Part shown: positions 32,288 through 41,349 of the stretch, in pieces | Layout: every line of letters starts with the position of its first letter | How positions within the stretch are numbered: position 1 is the stretch's first letter | Assembly (NCBI GenBank): GCA_047602405.1 | Contig: JASGHJ010000001.1 | Coordinates: 2,208,001-2,272,000, forward strand | Length of the DNA: 64,000 nucleotides | From: Anaeromyxobacteraceae bacterium | GTDB lineage: Bacteria > Myxococcota > Myxococcia > Myxococcales > Anaeromyxobacteraceae | Reading direction: 5' to 3' | Program-made: the position numbers and the translations under genes | The notes under the pieces: generated by a model | Database searches by the model: none | What the model saw: the letters and a program-made list of their open reading frames with translations, nothing else | What the model was told of the DNA's origin: nothing

Positions 32288-33208
32288 ATGTCGTCCCAGG
32301 TCCCCGCGCCGCGGAGGCGCGTCACCATCCACGAGCTCGCGCGCATGAAGGCCGCGGGCGATCCCATCGCGGTCGTCACCGCCTACGACGCCACGGCGGC
32401 CCGCTGGGCCGACGCGGCCGGCGTCGACGTCATCCTCGTCGGCGACTCGCTCGGCATGGTCGTGCAGGGCCACGACTCGACGCTGCCGGTCACGCTCGAC
32501 CAGATGGTCTACCACGGCGCCGCGGTCCGCCGCGGGCTCGCCAGGGGTTCGGGCCGGCCGCACCTCGTCGTCGACATGCCGTTCGGCAGCTACCACGCGA
32601 GCGTGGACGAGGCCGTGAAGGCCGCCGCCCGGCTCGTCGCCGAGGGCGGGGCCGAGGCCGTGAAGCTCGAGGGCGGCGCCGAGTTCGTGGAGGTCGTGAA
32701 GCGCATCACGCGCGCGGGCGTGCCGGTCATGGGCCACATCGGCCTCACGCCGCAGTCGGTCCACAAGATGGGCGGCTACGTCGTGCAGGGGAAGGACGCC
32801 GACAAGGCGGCCCTGATCCTGAAGGACGCCCTCGCCCTCGAGGCGGCGGGCTGCTACGCGATCGTGCTCGAGTGCGTCCCGGAGGAGCTCGCCCGCGTCG
32901 TCAGCGGCCGGCTCTCCATCCCGACCATCGGCATCGGCGCCGGCGTCCACTGCGACGGTCAGGTGCTCGTGCTCAACGACCTCCTCGGCATGGATCCGTC
33001 GTTCACGCCGAAGTTCGTGAAGCACTTCGCGACCGTCTCGGAGGCGGCCACCGCCGGCATCGCGGCCTACGTCGCCGAGGTGAAGGGCCGGACCTTCCCG
33101 GACGACGCCCACAGCTTCCACGCGCCCAACGTGCGCCTCCTGCCGCTGCCCGCGCTCGCAGGCGACGACGAGGAGCCCCACGGCGGCGTGATGGGGGCGC
33201 CGGTCTAG
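32288..33208 (+). CDS. panB: 3-methyl-2-oxobutanoate hydroxymethyltransferase
   Basis: [47 protein letters not shown]. Confidence 0.97.
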   Translation: MSSQVPAPRRRVTIHELARMKAAGDPIAVVTAYDATAARWADAAGVDVILVGDSLGMVVQGHDSTLPVTLDQMVYHGAAVRRGLARGSGRPHLVVDMPFGSYHASVDEAVKAAARLVAEGGAEAVKLEGGAEFVEVVKRITRAGVPVMGHIGLTPQSVHKMGGYVVQGKDADKAALILKDALALEAAGCYAIVLECVPEELARVVSGRLSIPTIGIGAGVHCDGQVLVLNDLLGMDPSFTPKFVKHFATVSEAATAGIAAYVAEVKGRTFPDDAHSFHAPNVRLLPLPALAGDDEEPHGGVMGAPV

Positions 33209-33218
33209 CGCCACCTCC

Positions 33219-34088
33219 ATGAAGACGCCCGAGCTGTTCACGAGCCCCGCCGCTTGGGCGGCCCGCTGCCTCGCGGCCCGCGACGCGGGCACCCGCATCG
33301 CGCTCGTGCCGACGATGGGGTTCCTCCACGAGGGCCACCTCTCGCTCATGCGGGAGGCCAGGCGCCGCGCGGACGCCGGCGGCCGCCCCGGGCTCGCCCT
33401 CGCGACGATCTTCGTGAACCCCGCCCAGTTCGGCCCGAGGGAGGACCTCTCGCGCTACCCGCGCGACCTCGAGGGCGACCTCGCGAAGTGCGCCGCGGCG
33501 GGCATCGACGCCGTGCTCGCGCCGCCCGACCCGGCGCTCGTCTACGGGCCCCACCACCAGACCTGGATCGAGGTCGGCGACGTCGCCCAGGGGCTCTGCG
33601 GCGCCTCCCGCCCCGGTCACTTCCGCGGCGTGGCGACCGTGGTCGCGAAGCTCCTCAACCTGTCGCGCCCGCACGTCGCGCTCTTCGGCGAGAAGGACTT
33701 CCAGCAGCTCGCCGTGATCCGCGCGATGGTCCGCGACCTCGACCTGGGCGTCGAGATCTCCGGGATGCCCATCGTGCGCGAGCCGGACGGCCTCGCGATG
33801 TCCTCCCGGAACGCCTACCTCTCGGCCGACGAACGCCTCCGGGCGCTCGCGCTCTCGCGGTCGCTCGCCGCCGCCGCCGAGGCGGCGCGCCGCGGCGAGC
33901 GGGACGCGGCCGCGCTCCGGGCCCGCGCCCGGGCCGCGCTCGAGGCCGCGCCCGTCAAGATCGACTACGTCGAGATCGTGGAGCCGGAGACCCTGAAGCC
34001 CGTGGAGGTGGCGGCGCCCGGCGCGGTGATGCTCGTCGCGGCCTTCGTCGGCACGACCCGGCTCATCGACAACGCGAGGCTGCCGTGA
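33219..34088 (+). CDS. panC: Pantoate--beta-alanine ligase
   Basis: VPTMGFLHEGH, IFVNPAQF, RPGHFRGV, FGEKDFQQ, GLAMSSRN, RLIDN. Confidence 0.97.
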   Translation: MKTPELFTSPAAWAARCLAARDAGTRIALVPTMGFLHEGHLSLMREARRRADAGGRPGLALATIFVNPAQFGPREDLSRYPRDLEGDLAKCAAAGIDAVLAPPDPALVYGPHHQTWIEVGDVAQGLCGASRPGHFRGVATVVAKLLNLSRPHVALFGEKDFQQLAVIRAMVRDLDLGVEISGMPIVREPDGLAMSSRNAYLSADERLRALALSRSLAAAAEAARRGERDAAALRARARAALEAAPVKIDYVEIVEPETLKPVEVAAPGAVMLVAAFVGTTRLIDNARLP

Positions 34089-34576
34089 AGGGCGCCGCGG
34101 GCAAGAAGCGGGTCGCGGAGGGCGAGAAGGTCGTCGCCTCCAACCGGCGCGCGCGCTTCGACTACACCATCGAGGACGCGTGGGAGGCCGGGCTCGTGCT
34201 CACCGGCAGCGAGGTGAAGTCGCTGCGCGAGAGCAACGTGAACCTCTCCGACGCCTACGCGCAGCCGCGGGGCGGCGAGCTCTTCCTCGTGAACTGCCGG
34301 ATCGGCGAGTACAAGCAGGCCGCGCACTTCGGGCACGACCCGCTGCGGGAGCGCAAGCTCCTCATGTCCCGCGCGGAGCTCGAGCGCGTACGCGGCAAGG
34401 TCGAGCAGCGCGGCTACACGCTCGTCCCGCTGCGCCTGTACTTCAAGGACGGCTGGGCGAAGGTCGAGCTCGGCCTCGGGAAGGGCCGCACCCACGAGGA
34501 CCGGCGCGACGCCATCGCGGAGCGCGAGTCCAAGCGGGAGGTCGAGAAGGCGCTCGGCCGGGCGCGCAAGCGCTGA
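34085..34576 (+). CDS. smpB: SsrA-binding protein
   Basis: NRRARFDY, EAGLVLTGSEVKSLR, RERKLL, GYTLVPLRLYFK; GTG start overlaps the panC stop. Confidence 0.95.
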   Translation: MKGAAGKKRVAEGEKVVASNRRARFDYTIEDAWEAGLVLTGSEVKSLRESNVNLSDAYAQPRGGELFLVNCRIGEYKQAAHFGHDPLRERKLLMSRAELERVRGKVEQRGYTLVPLRLYFKDGWAKVELGLGKGRTHEDRRDAIAERESKREVEKALGRARKR

Positions 34577-34684
34577 GCGGCCTCCGGCAAGGCCGTACGA
34601 CGGGCTGCGGCACGTACCATGGGCGCGGGGCACGGCGGGGGCCTCCCGCGCCCCCGCGCACATCGGGTAGGCTCGTGTGCGCAG

Positions 34685-35590
34685 ATGTTCGACCGGCTCA
34701 GCCTCCCCGAGGACGTCGTCGACTGCCGCGGCCGCCTGGTCGCGCGGCGGGGCTTCGTCGTGTCGCCGGAGGTGATCGACGAGGCCGCCGCGACCGCCTC
34801 GCCGGAGGCGCCCGTCGCGCTCTCCGGCACGCCGCTCGCGCTCGACGTCGCGGACCCGCTCGACGACCCGACGTACCAGCACCTGTTCCAGGGCCCCGAG
34901 GTCCGCGACGCCGTCGAGCGCGTGCTCCTCGGCGTCCGGCTGCCGCCGGTGCTCTTCGAGGAGTTGCTCGCCGCGCGCCGCAACGGCTCGCCGGTGCACC
35001 GCCACGCCTTCGTGACCGCCGCGGTCGCGGTGCGGATGCTGCTCTCCGCGCTCGGCGAGGCCCGCGGCCTGAGCGACCTCGCCGCGGCCGCGCTCCTCCA
35101 CGACCTCGGCATGCGCCACCTCCCGGCGCGCCTCCTGCGCGGCCAGGAGCGCCTGACCCGCGACGACGCCGACCGGATCGCCTCGCACCCGCTCGTGGGC
35201 GCCTACCACCTCGCGACCGTCCTCGGCCGCCACCCGGCCGTCTCCGCCGCCCGCAGCCATCACTGGCGGTGCGGCCAGGGCTACCCGGTGTTGCCGTCGG
35301 CCCCGCCGCGCTCCATCGAGGTCATCTCGGTCGCGAGCGCCTTCGCGGCGCTCACGCAGCCGCGCTCCTACCGCTCCGGCGCCTTCGACGCCCGCGGCGC
35401 CTGCGACGTCCTCGTGGAGGAGGCCGCCCGCGGCCGCGCCGACGGCTCCTCCGTGAAGCTCCTCGTCCACGCGCTGCGCGGCGGCCGCGGCGACCCGCGC
35501 GCCATCCGCTTCGGGCACGAGCGCGTCGGGCACACGCCCGAGCAGAACGGCTACGTCCCGCCGGCGCCGCCCGACCGCAATCCGGTCTAG
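34685..35590 (+). CDS. HD-GYP-like domain protein (divergent)
   Basis: ALLHDLG, IASHP..G, HHWRCGQGYP, FAALTQPRSYR. Confidence 0.8.
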   Translation: MFDRLSLPEDVVDCRGRLVARRGFVVSPEVIDEAAATASPEAPVALSGTPLALDVADPLDDPTYQHLFQGPEVRDAVERVLLGVRLPPVLFEELLAARRNGSPVHRHAFVTAAVAVRMLLSALGEARGLSDLAAAALLHDLGMRHLPARLLRGQERLTRDDADRIASHPLVGAYHLATVLGRHPAVSAARSHHWRCGQGYPVLPSAPPRSIEVISVASAFAALTQPRSYRSGAFDARGACDVLVEEAARGRADGSSVKLLVHALRGGRGDPRAIRFGHERVGHTPEQNGYVPPAPPDRNPV

Positions 35591-36289
35591 GTTTGGTCGT
35601 TCGCATGCAGGCCCGCCGCGAGCTCCGCGGGCACCTCCGCTGTCGGCATGCGTGTCCGTGGGAGCCAAACGGGCCTCCGCGACAGCGCTTGCTCGGACGG
35701 GTGTGAGACGGAACAGATCGCCGGAACCGTTGCCGTTGCATGGCGGTGACCGCCGCAGCAGGCCTGCGCGCGAGTTGCGCGTATCGGCGTCGTGCGCTAC
35801 GCGCACGGCGCCGACACACGCCCTCGTCACTTGGCCTGCATTGCCAGGATCCTGGAGACCGTACCGAGCCCGTCGCTCGCTGCGCGCTGCTGCGGAGACC
35901 CGTTTGGCTCTCGGGCGTGGTGGACGGTGAGCGGCCGTGGCTGCTGGGTGCTGATGAACGACCAACGGGCCCGCTGGTGTTGCGGCGACGGGCTCCCATT
36001 CATCCGCGCTGGTGCATGCTCCGGTCTCTGCCCGTCCCCGCCCGCCCCGCGTCGTTCACCCGCCGCATCTGATTCACCTTTAGTTCATCACTCGCCACCT
36101 AGCAGTTTCGGCCGACCGCAGTCCGCAACGCTCCGAAGGCGAGACGCGCCCCCGCAGCGCCGGCCGGCGGAGGTCGGGCTCTCCACGTCACCAGGATCCT
36201 AGCGAATGCAGGCCAAGTGACGAGGGCGTGTGACGGCGACGTGCGCGCAGCGCACGGCGTCGTCACGCGCAACTCGCACGCAGGCCTGC
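35591..36289. repeat. Array of three degenerate ~170-200-bp units in alternating orientation (large inverted repeats)
   Basis: 35758-35859 and 36187-36289 are near-perfect inverted copies, with weaker similarity extending inward. 35591-35750 is a third, more degenerate inverted copy. Confidence 0.8.
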
Positions 36290-36292
36290 CTG

Positions 36293-36338
36293 GTTCGACT
36301 CCGCCGCGCTTCGCGCGGCTACGCTCACCATGAGCGGG
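36293..36338. repeat. REP-like palindromic unit
   Basis: GGTTCGACTCC-GCCGCGC-TTC-GCGCGGC-TACGCTCACCATGAGCGG; resembles TTCGAC...GCTCA-type extragenic repeats. Confidence 0.45.
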
Positions 36339-36448
36339 AGATGTGGTGACGTCAGACCGACGCAGCCGGCCGGCGTCGCGGGGGCGCGTCGAGCCCCCTC
36401 GGTCACGTGACGCCGACTGCCTTGGGGGCCCTGCGGTGCGGGTAGGGT

Positions 36449-36787
36449 TCAGCCCTTCGGGAGCAGCACCTCGCGCAGGTAACTCCACGAGAAGATGCCG
36501 GTGTCGTGCCCGTCGGAGAAGTGCAGCTTCACGGCGTAGTTGCCGACCGGCTCGATCTCCGCGATGCGGATGCCGGCGGGGATGGTGGCGGGATCCAGGA
36601 TCTTCCGGCCCGAGCCCTCCTCGACGCAGCCCGCGCAGGGGCACGCGTCGCGCAGCCCGAACGCGGACACCACGGTCTCGAGGCCGCCCGGCCAGACGAA
36701 GCGCAGCTCGCCCTGCTCGGTGAAGTCGATCGCCTCCGGCGGCTCGGCCGTCTGGCTCTTGAACTGGATCTTGTCGAGGAGGCCCAT
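36449..36787 (-). CDS. DUF971 / gamma-butyrobetaine hydroxylase-like N-terminal domain protein
   Basis: LRDACPCAGC, VGNYAV..FSDGHDTGIFSWSYL. Confidence 0.9.
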   Translation of the reverse strand: MGLLDKIQFKSQTAEPPEAIDFTEQGELRFVWPGGLETVVSAFGLRDACPCAGCVEEGSGRKILDPATIPAGIRIAEIEPVGNYAVKLHFSDGHDTGIFSWSYLREVLLPKG

Positions 36788-36838
36788 GGCGGGGTGGTTT
36801 TGCCGCCGGCGGGGCCCGGCGTCAACCCCGCCGGCGCG

Positions 36839-37580
36839 TCAGATGGGCGCGAGCGCCTGGAGGAGCTCGGAGCGGTCCTCCATCGGCGCGAGGCAGGGGC
36901 GGGTGTCGGAGACGAAGAGCTCGGAGGTGGTGACGTCCCCGGTGAGGCGCAGCACGGCCGAGGAGCGCGTGCCGTAGGCCGGGTCCATGTGGATGCAGAA
37001 TCCCCGGGGGCGTGCCGTCCGGGCCGGCGTGCGAGCCGAGCATGAGCTGGAGCCGCTCGGGGGCGAGGTCGGTCGGCCAGCGGGCGCGGACGAGGTCGGC
37101 GCGCGGGCCCCTCCCGGCGCGGTCGCTCTCGGTGACGACGTGCAGGCCCGGGCCGAGCGTCTCGAAGCCGCTCCGCTCGCCGTCGTACCACCACAGGAAG
37201 GCGCCCTTCGCGTCGGCGACCACGAGGTGGAACGGGTTCCAGGCCTCGGCGCGCTCGGCAAAGAGCGCGCTGCGCGCGGCGGACGCGTCGGGCGCGGCGA
37301 GCGCCAGGCCGACGATGTCGCCGCGCGAGCGGCGCTCGGGGTCGGGGTACCAGTCGAAGGGCGCGTGGTAGTTCGTGAGCGCGGCGAGGACCGCGCGCGA
37401 GGAGACGCCGATCCAGGTGCCGCCCGCGAGGACGTCGCGGGGGGCGGCGTAGCGGGTGCCGGCCGGCGTCTCCCGGAGGGCCCAGCCCTCCGCCTGGCGC
37501 CCGAGCCGCTCGTCGCGGTTCGCGGCGACGACCACCGGCCAGCGGCGGTCCTGTCCGAGCGCGACGGCGAGGGTGCACAT
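36839..37580 (-). pseudogene. NRDE (TANGO2) family protein with apparent +1 frameshift near 37002-37010
   Basis: MCT..AANRDE, GGTWIG, LTN, SRG, NPFHL. The C-terminal FCIHMDPAYGTRSS is in another frame across a C/G homopolymer run. Confidence 0.85.
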
Positions 37581-37611
37581 GCTCTCGACCCCTGAAAGGA
37601 AGCGGCCCCGG

Positions 37612-37651
37612 AAAAGAGACGGGCGCGGCGGCCGGGAGGCCACCGCGCCCG
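37612..37651 (-). terminator. Probable intrinsic terminator after PEPCK
   Basis: 14-bp GC stem followed on the minus strand by TCTCTTTT. Confidence 0.55.
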
Positions 37652-37664
37652 GGGGACGCCGAGT

Positions 37665-39449
37665 CTACGCCCTCTTCGCGGCCGAGCGCACGCGCTCGAG
37701 CAAGAGCTCGCGCTGCAGCGCGAGCGGGCGCGGGAGCGTCGGCCCGAGCTTCTGGAACCACTCCTCCTCGGAGGCGAACTCGTTCTCCCACTCGGCGTAG
37801 TCGATCTTCATCGCCTCCTCGACCGCGCCGGCCGGGACCTCGAGGCCGCCGAGGTTGAGGTCGGAGATGCGCGGCACCCAGCCGACCAGCGTCTCCTTCG
37901 CGCCGATCCGGCCCTGCGCGCGGTCGATGATCCACTTGAGGACGCGCATGTTCTCGCCGTAGCCCGGCCAGAGGAACTTGCCCTCCGAGCTCTTCCGGAA
38001 CCAGTTCACCATGAAGATCTTCGGCGGGTTCGGGATCTTCGACTGCATGTCGAGCCAGTGCTGCAGGTAGGTGCCGGCGTCGTAGCCGATGAACGGCAGC
38101 ATCGCCATCGGGTCGCGGCGCACGCCCTCCTTCAGGCCGACCGCCGCGGCGGTGGTCTCGGAGCCCATGGTGGCGCCGAGGAACACGCCGTGGGTCCAGT
38201 TGAAGGACTGGAGCACGAGCGGGACCGTGGTCGAGCGGCGGCCGCCGAAGATGATCGCGGAGATGGGCACGCCCTTCGCGTGGTCGGCGAACGGCGAGAG
38301 CGCCGGGTTGTTCGACATCGGCGCCGTGAAGCGGCTGTTCGGGTGCGCCGCCTTCTCGGTCGAGCCCTTCTTCCAGGGCTGGCCCTTCCAGTCGATCATC
38401 TCGGCGTAGGGCTCGTTGTCCTTGCCCTCCCACCACACGTCGCCGTCCGCGGTGCGCGCGACGTTCGTGAAGATCGTGTCGCGCTCGATGGAGCGCATCG
38501 CGTTCGGGTTGGTCTTGAAGTTCGTGCCCGGCACGACGCCGAAGTAGCCGGCCTCGGGGTTCACGGCCCAGAGCCGGCCGCCGTCGCCCACGCGGAGCCA
38601 CGCGATGTCGTCGCCGACCGTGCGGATGGTCCAGCCGTCGAAGCTCTTCGGCGGGATCAGCATCGCGAAGTTGGTCTTGCCGCACGCCGACGGGAAGGCG
38701 GCCGCGACGTAGGACACCTCGCCCTCGGGGCTCTCGGCCTCGAGGATGAGCATGTGCTCGGCGAGCCAGCCCTCCTGGCGGGCGAGGTGGCTGCCGATGC
38801 GGAGCGCGAGGCACTTCTTGCCGAGGAGCGCGTTGCCGCCGTAGCCCGAGCCCACCGACCAGATCGTGTTGTCCTGGGGGAAGTGGCAGATGAAGCGGGC
38901 GTCGGGGTTGAGGTCGCGCGTCGCGTGGAGGCCCTTGTTGAAGTCGCGGCTCGTGTCGCCGAGGCGGTCGAGCGCCTGCGTCCCCATGCGCGTCATGAGC
39001 CCCATGTTGAGGGCCACGTAGATCGAGTCGGTGATCTCGACGCCGACCTTCGCGAAGGGCGACGAGACCGGCCCCATCACGTAGGGCACCACGAACATCG
39101 TGCGGCCCTTCATCGAGCCGTCGTACAGCGCGCCGAGCTTCCGGTACGCCTCGCCGGGATCCATCCAGTTGTTGGTGGGGCCGGCCTCGGCCTTCGTCGG
39201 CGTGCAGATGAAGGTGAGGTGCTCGACGCGGGCGACGTCGTTCTTGTCGGAGTGGTGGTAGTAGCAGCCCGGCCACTTCTTCTGGTCGAGCGGGATCAGG
39301 ACCTTCTTCGCCACCGCCTCCTCGGTGAGGCGCTTCTTCTCCTCCGCCGAGCCGTCGCACCAGACGATCTTGTCCGGCTTGCAGAGGCGGGCCATCTCAT
39401 CGACCCAGGCGAGCAGGTGCGGATTCTTGGTCGGACGCTCCGTCGACAT
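37665..39449 (-). CDS. pckG: Phosphoenolpyruvate carboxykinase (GTP)
   Basis: DVARVE, SGYGGNALLGKKC, WLAEHM, AFPSACGKTN, VGDDIAW, HPNSRF. Confidence 0.96.
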   Translation of the reverse strand: MSTERPTKNPHLLAWVDEMARLCKPDKIVWCDGSAEEKKRLTEEAVAKKVLIPLDQKKWPGCYYHHSDKNDVARVEHLTFICTPTKAEAGPTNNWMDPGEAYRKLGALYDGSMKGRTMFVVPYVMGPVSSPFAKVGVEITDSIYVALNMGLMTRMGTQALDRLGDTSRDFNKGLHATRDLNPDARFICHFPQDNTIWSVGSGYGGNALLGKKCLALRIGSHLARQEGWLAEHMLILEAESPEGEVSYVAAAFPSACGKTNFAMLIPPKSFDGWTIRTVGDDIAWLRVGDGGRLWAVNPEAGYFGVVPGTNFKTNPNAMRSIERDTIFTNVARTADGDVWWEGKDNEPYAEMIDWKGQPWKKGSTEKAAHPNSRFTAPMSNNPALSPFADHAKGVPISAIIFGGRRSTTVPLVLQSFNWTHGVFLGATMGSETTAAAVGLKEGVRRDPMAMLPFIGYDAGTYLQHWLDMQSKIPNPPKIFMVNWFRKSSEGKFLWPGYGENMRVLKWIIDRAQGRIGAKETLVGWVPRISDLNLGGLEVPAGAVEEAMKIDYAEWENEFASEEEWFQKLGPTLPRPLALQRELLLERVRSAAKRA

Positions 39450-39691
39450 TCGCGCTTCCTTTCCTGGGCGCACGTGTCGCCCGGCGAGGGGTCCTGAACG
39501 GGGGGCCCCGAAGCTAGCGCACGGGCGGCTGCCCGTCGAGCCCGCACCGGAGGTGCGCGAAGTTTGCGCCCGGGTGCGTGTGCTGCCCTCAAGGTTTAGC
39601 CCTGGCGCCCCGCGCGAGCAGGCCGGGACGGCGTCGCCCGCGGCCGCGGTGACGGCTGCCTACGCAGTGCGGCGTGATCAGCGTCAGGAGG

Positions 39692-41345
39692 ATGGACGCC
39701 CCCCTCCACGGTCCCGTCTTCGTGCCCGGCGGCACCCGCTTCAGGCTCTGGGCGCCGCTCCAGCGGCGCCCGGCCGTCGAGGTCGAGGGCAGGGCCCCGG
39801 CCCCGCTCGCGCCCGCCGGGGACGGCTTCTGGGCGCTCGACGTGCCCGGAGCCGGACCCGGCGACCGCTACGCCTTCGTGCTCGACGACGGCCGGCGGGT
39901 GCCCGACCCCGCCTCGCCCCGCCAGCCCGGGGGCGTGCACGGGCCCTCGCAGACTCTTCGATCCCGGCGCCCACCGCTGGTCGGACGACGGCTGGCGCGG
40001 GCTCCCGCTCGAGGAGCTCGTGATCGAGGAGGTGCACGTCGGGACCTACACGCCCGACGGCACGCTCGACGCCGCGGCCGCGCGCCTCCCGGAGGCGGTC
40101 GAGCTCGGCGTCACCTGCGTCGAGCTCATGCCGCTGCAGCCCTTCCCGGGCCGGCGGAACTGGGGTTACGACGGCGTGTCGCTCCACGCGGTGCACGAGG
40201 CGTACGGCGGGCCCGCGGCGCTGCAGCGCCTCGTCGACCGCGCCCACGGGCTCGGGCTCGCGGTGTGCCTCGACGTCGTCTACAACCACCTCGGCCCGGA
40301 GGGGAACTACCTCGGGCTCGTCGCGCCCTACTTCACGAGGCGTCACCACACCCCCTGGGGCGACGGGCTCGACCTCGACGGCCCGGGCGCCGCGCCGGTG
40401 CGCGCGCTCCTCGTCGAGGCCGCGCTGCGGTGGGTCCGCGACTTCCGGGTCGACGCGCTCCGCCTCGACGCGACCCACGCGATCGAGGACGGCTCGGCCC
40501 GCCACCTCGTCGCGGAGCTCGCGGCGGCCGTCCACGCCGAGGCGGCGCGCTCCGGGCGGCGCGTGCACGTCATCGCGGAGAGCGACGAGAACGACCGCAA
40601 GGTCCTCGACCCGCCGCCGGCGGGGTGGGGCTGCGACGCGGTCTGGGCCGACGACCTCCACCACGCGCTGCACGCGCTCGCGACGGGCGAGCGGGGCAAG
40701 TTCCTCGTCGACTTCGGCTCCGTGGAGCGCGTCGCCCAGGCGCTGCGCGGCGGGTTCGCGCTGCAGGGCGGGCGGTCGCTCTACCGGGGCCGGCCGCACG
40801 GGACGCCGACGGCCGGCCTCGCCCCGGCGCGCTTCGTGACCTGCCTGCAGAACCACGACCAGGTCGGCAACCGGCCCTCGGGCGAGCGGCTCTCCACGCT
40901 CGTGCCACGCGAGGCCCTCGCGCCGCTCGCCGCCGTGGTGCTCCTCGGCTCGGGCACGCCGCTCCTCTTCATGGGCGAGGCCTACGGCGAGGAGAACCCG
41001 TTCCTCTACTTCACCTCGCACACGGACCCGGCCCTCGCCCGCGCCGTCAGCGAGGGCCGCCGCGCCGAGTTCATCGCCGAGGGCGCGGCCGACGTGCCGG
41101 ACCCGCAGGCGATCGGCACGTTCGAGCGCTCCCGCCCGGTGCGCCGCAAGGACGGCTGGCACGGCGAGCTCCTCGAGCGCTACCGGGAGCTCCTCGCGAT
41201 CCGGCGGCGCCACCTCCCGGCGATCTCGGCGGGCTGGCCGGAGGTCCGCGTCGAGGGGCGGAGCCTGAAGTTCGAACGGCCCGGGCTCACCTTGACGGTG
41301 AACCTCGGGCCGGACCGGTGGAGCTACGAGGTGGTCGAAGGGTAG
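39692..41345 (+). pseudogene. treZ: Malto-oligosyltrehalose trehalohydrolase (GH13) with apparent +1 frameshift near 39953
   Basis: FRLWAP, PDPASPRQPGGVHGPS; removing one base near 39953 joins LFDPGAHRWSDDGW..; then NWGYDGV, DVVYNH, LRLDATHA, QNHDQVGNR, LFMGE. Confidence 0.88.
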
Positions 41346-41349
41346 GGGC

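Noticed and set aside
36291..36330. GGTTCGACTCCGCC...CACCA resembling a tRNA/tmRNA 3' end near smpB
   Set aside because: There is no matching acceptor stem or 5' half and no tag ORF; a REP-like palindrome explains it better.
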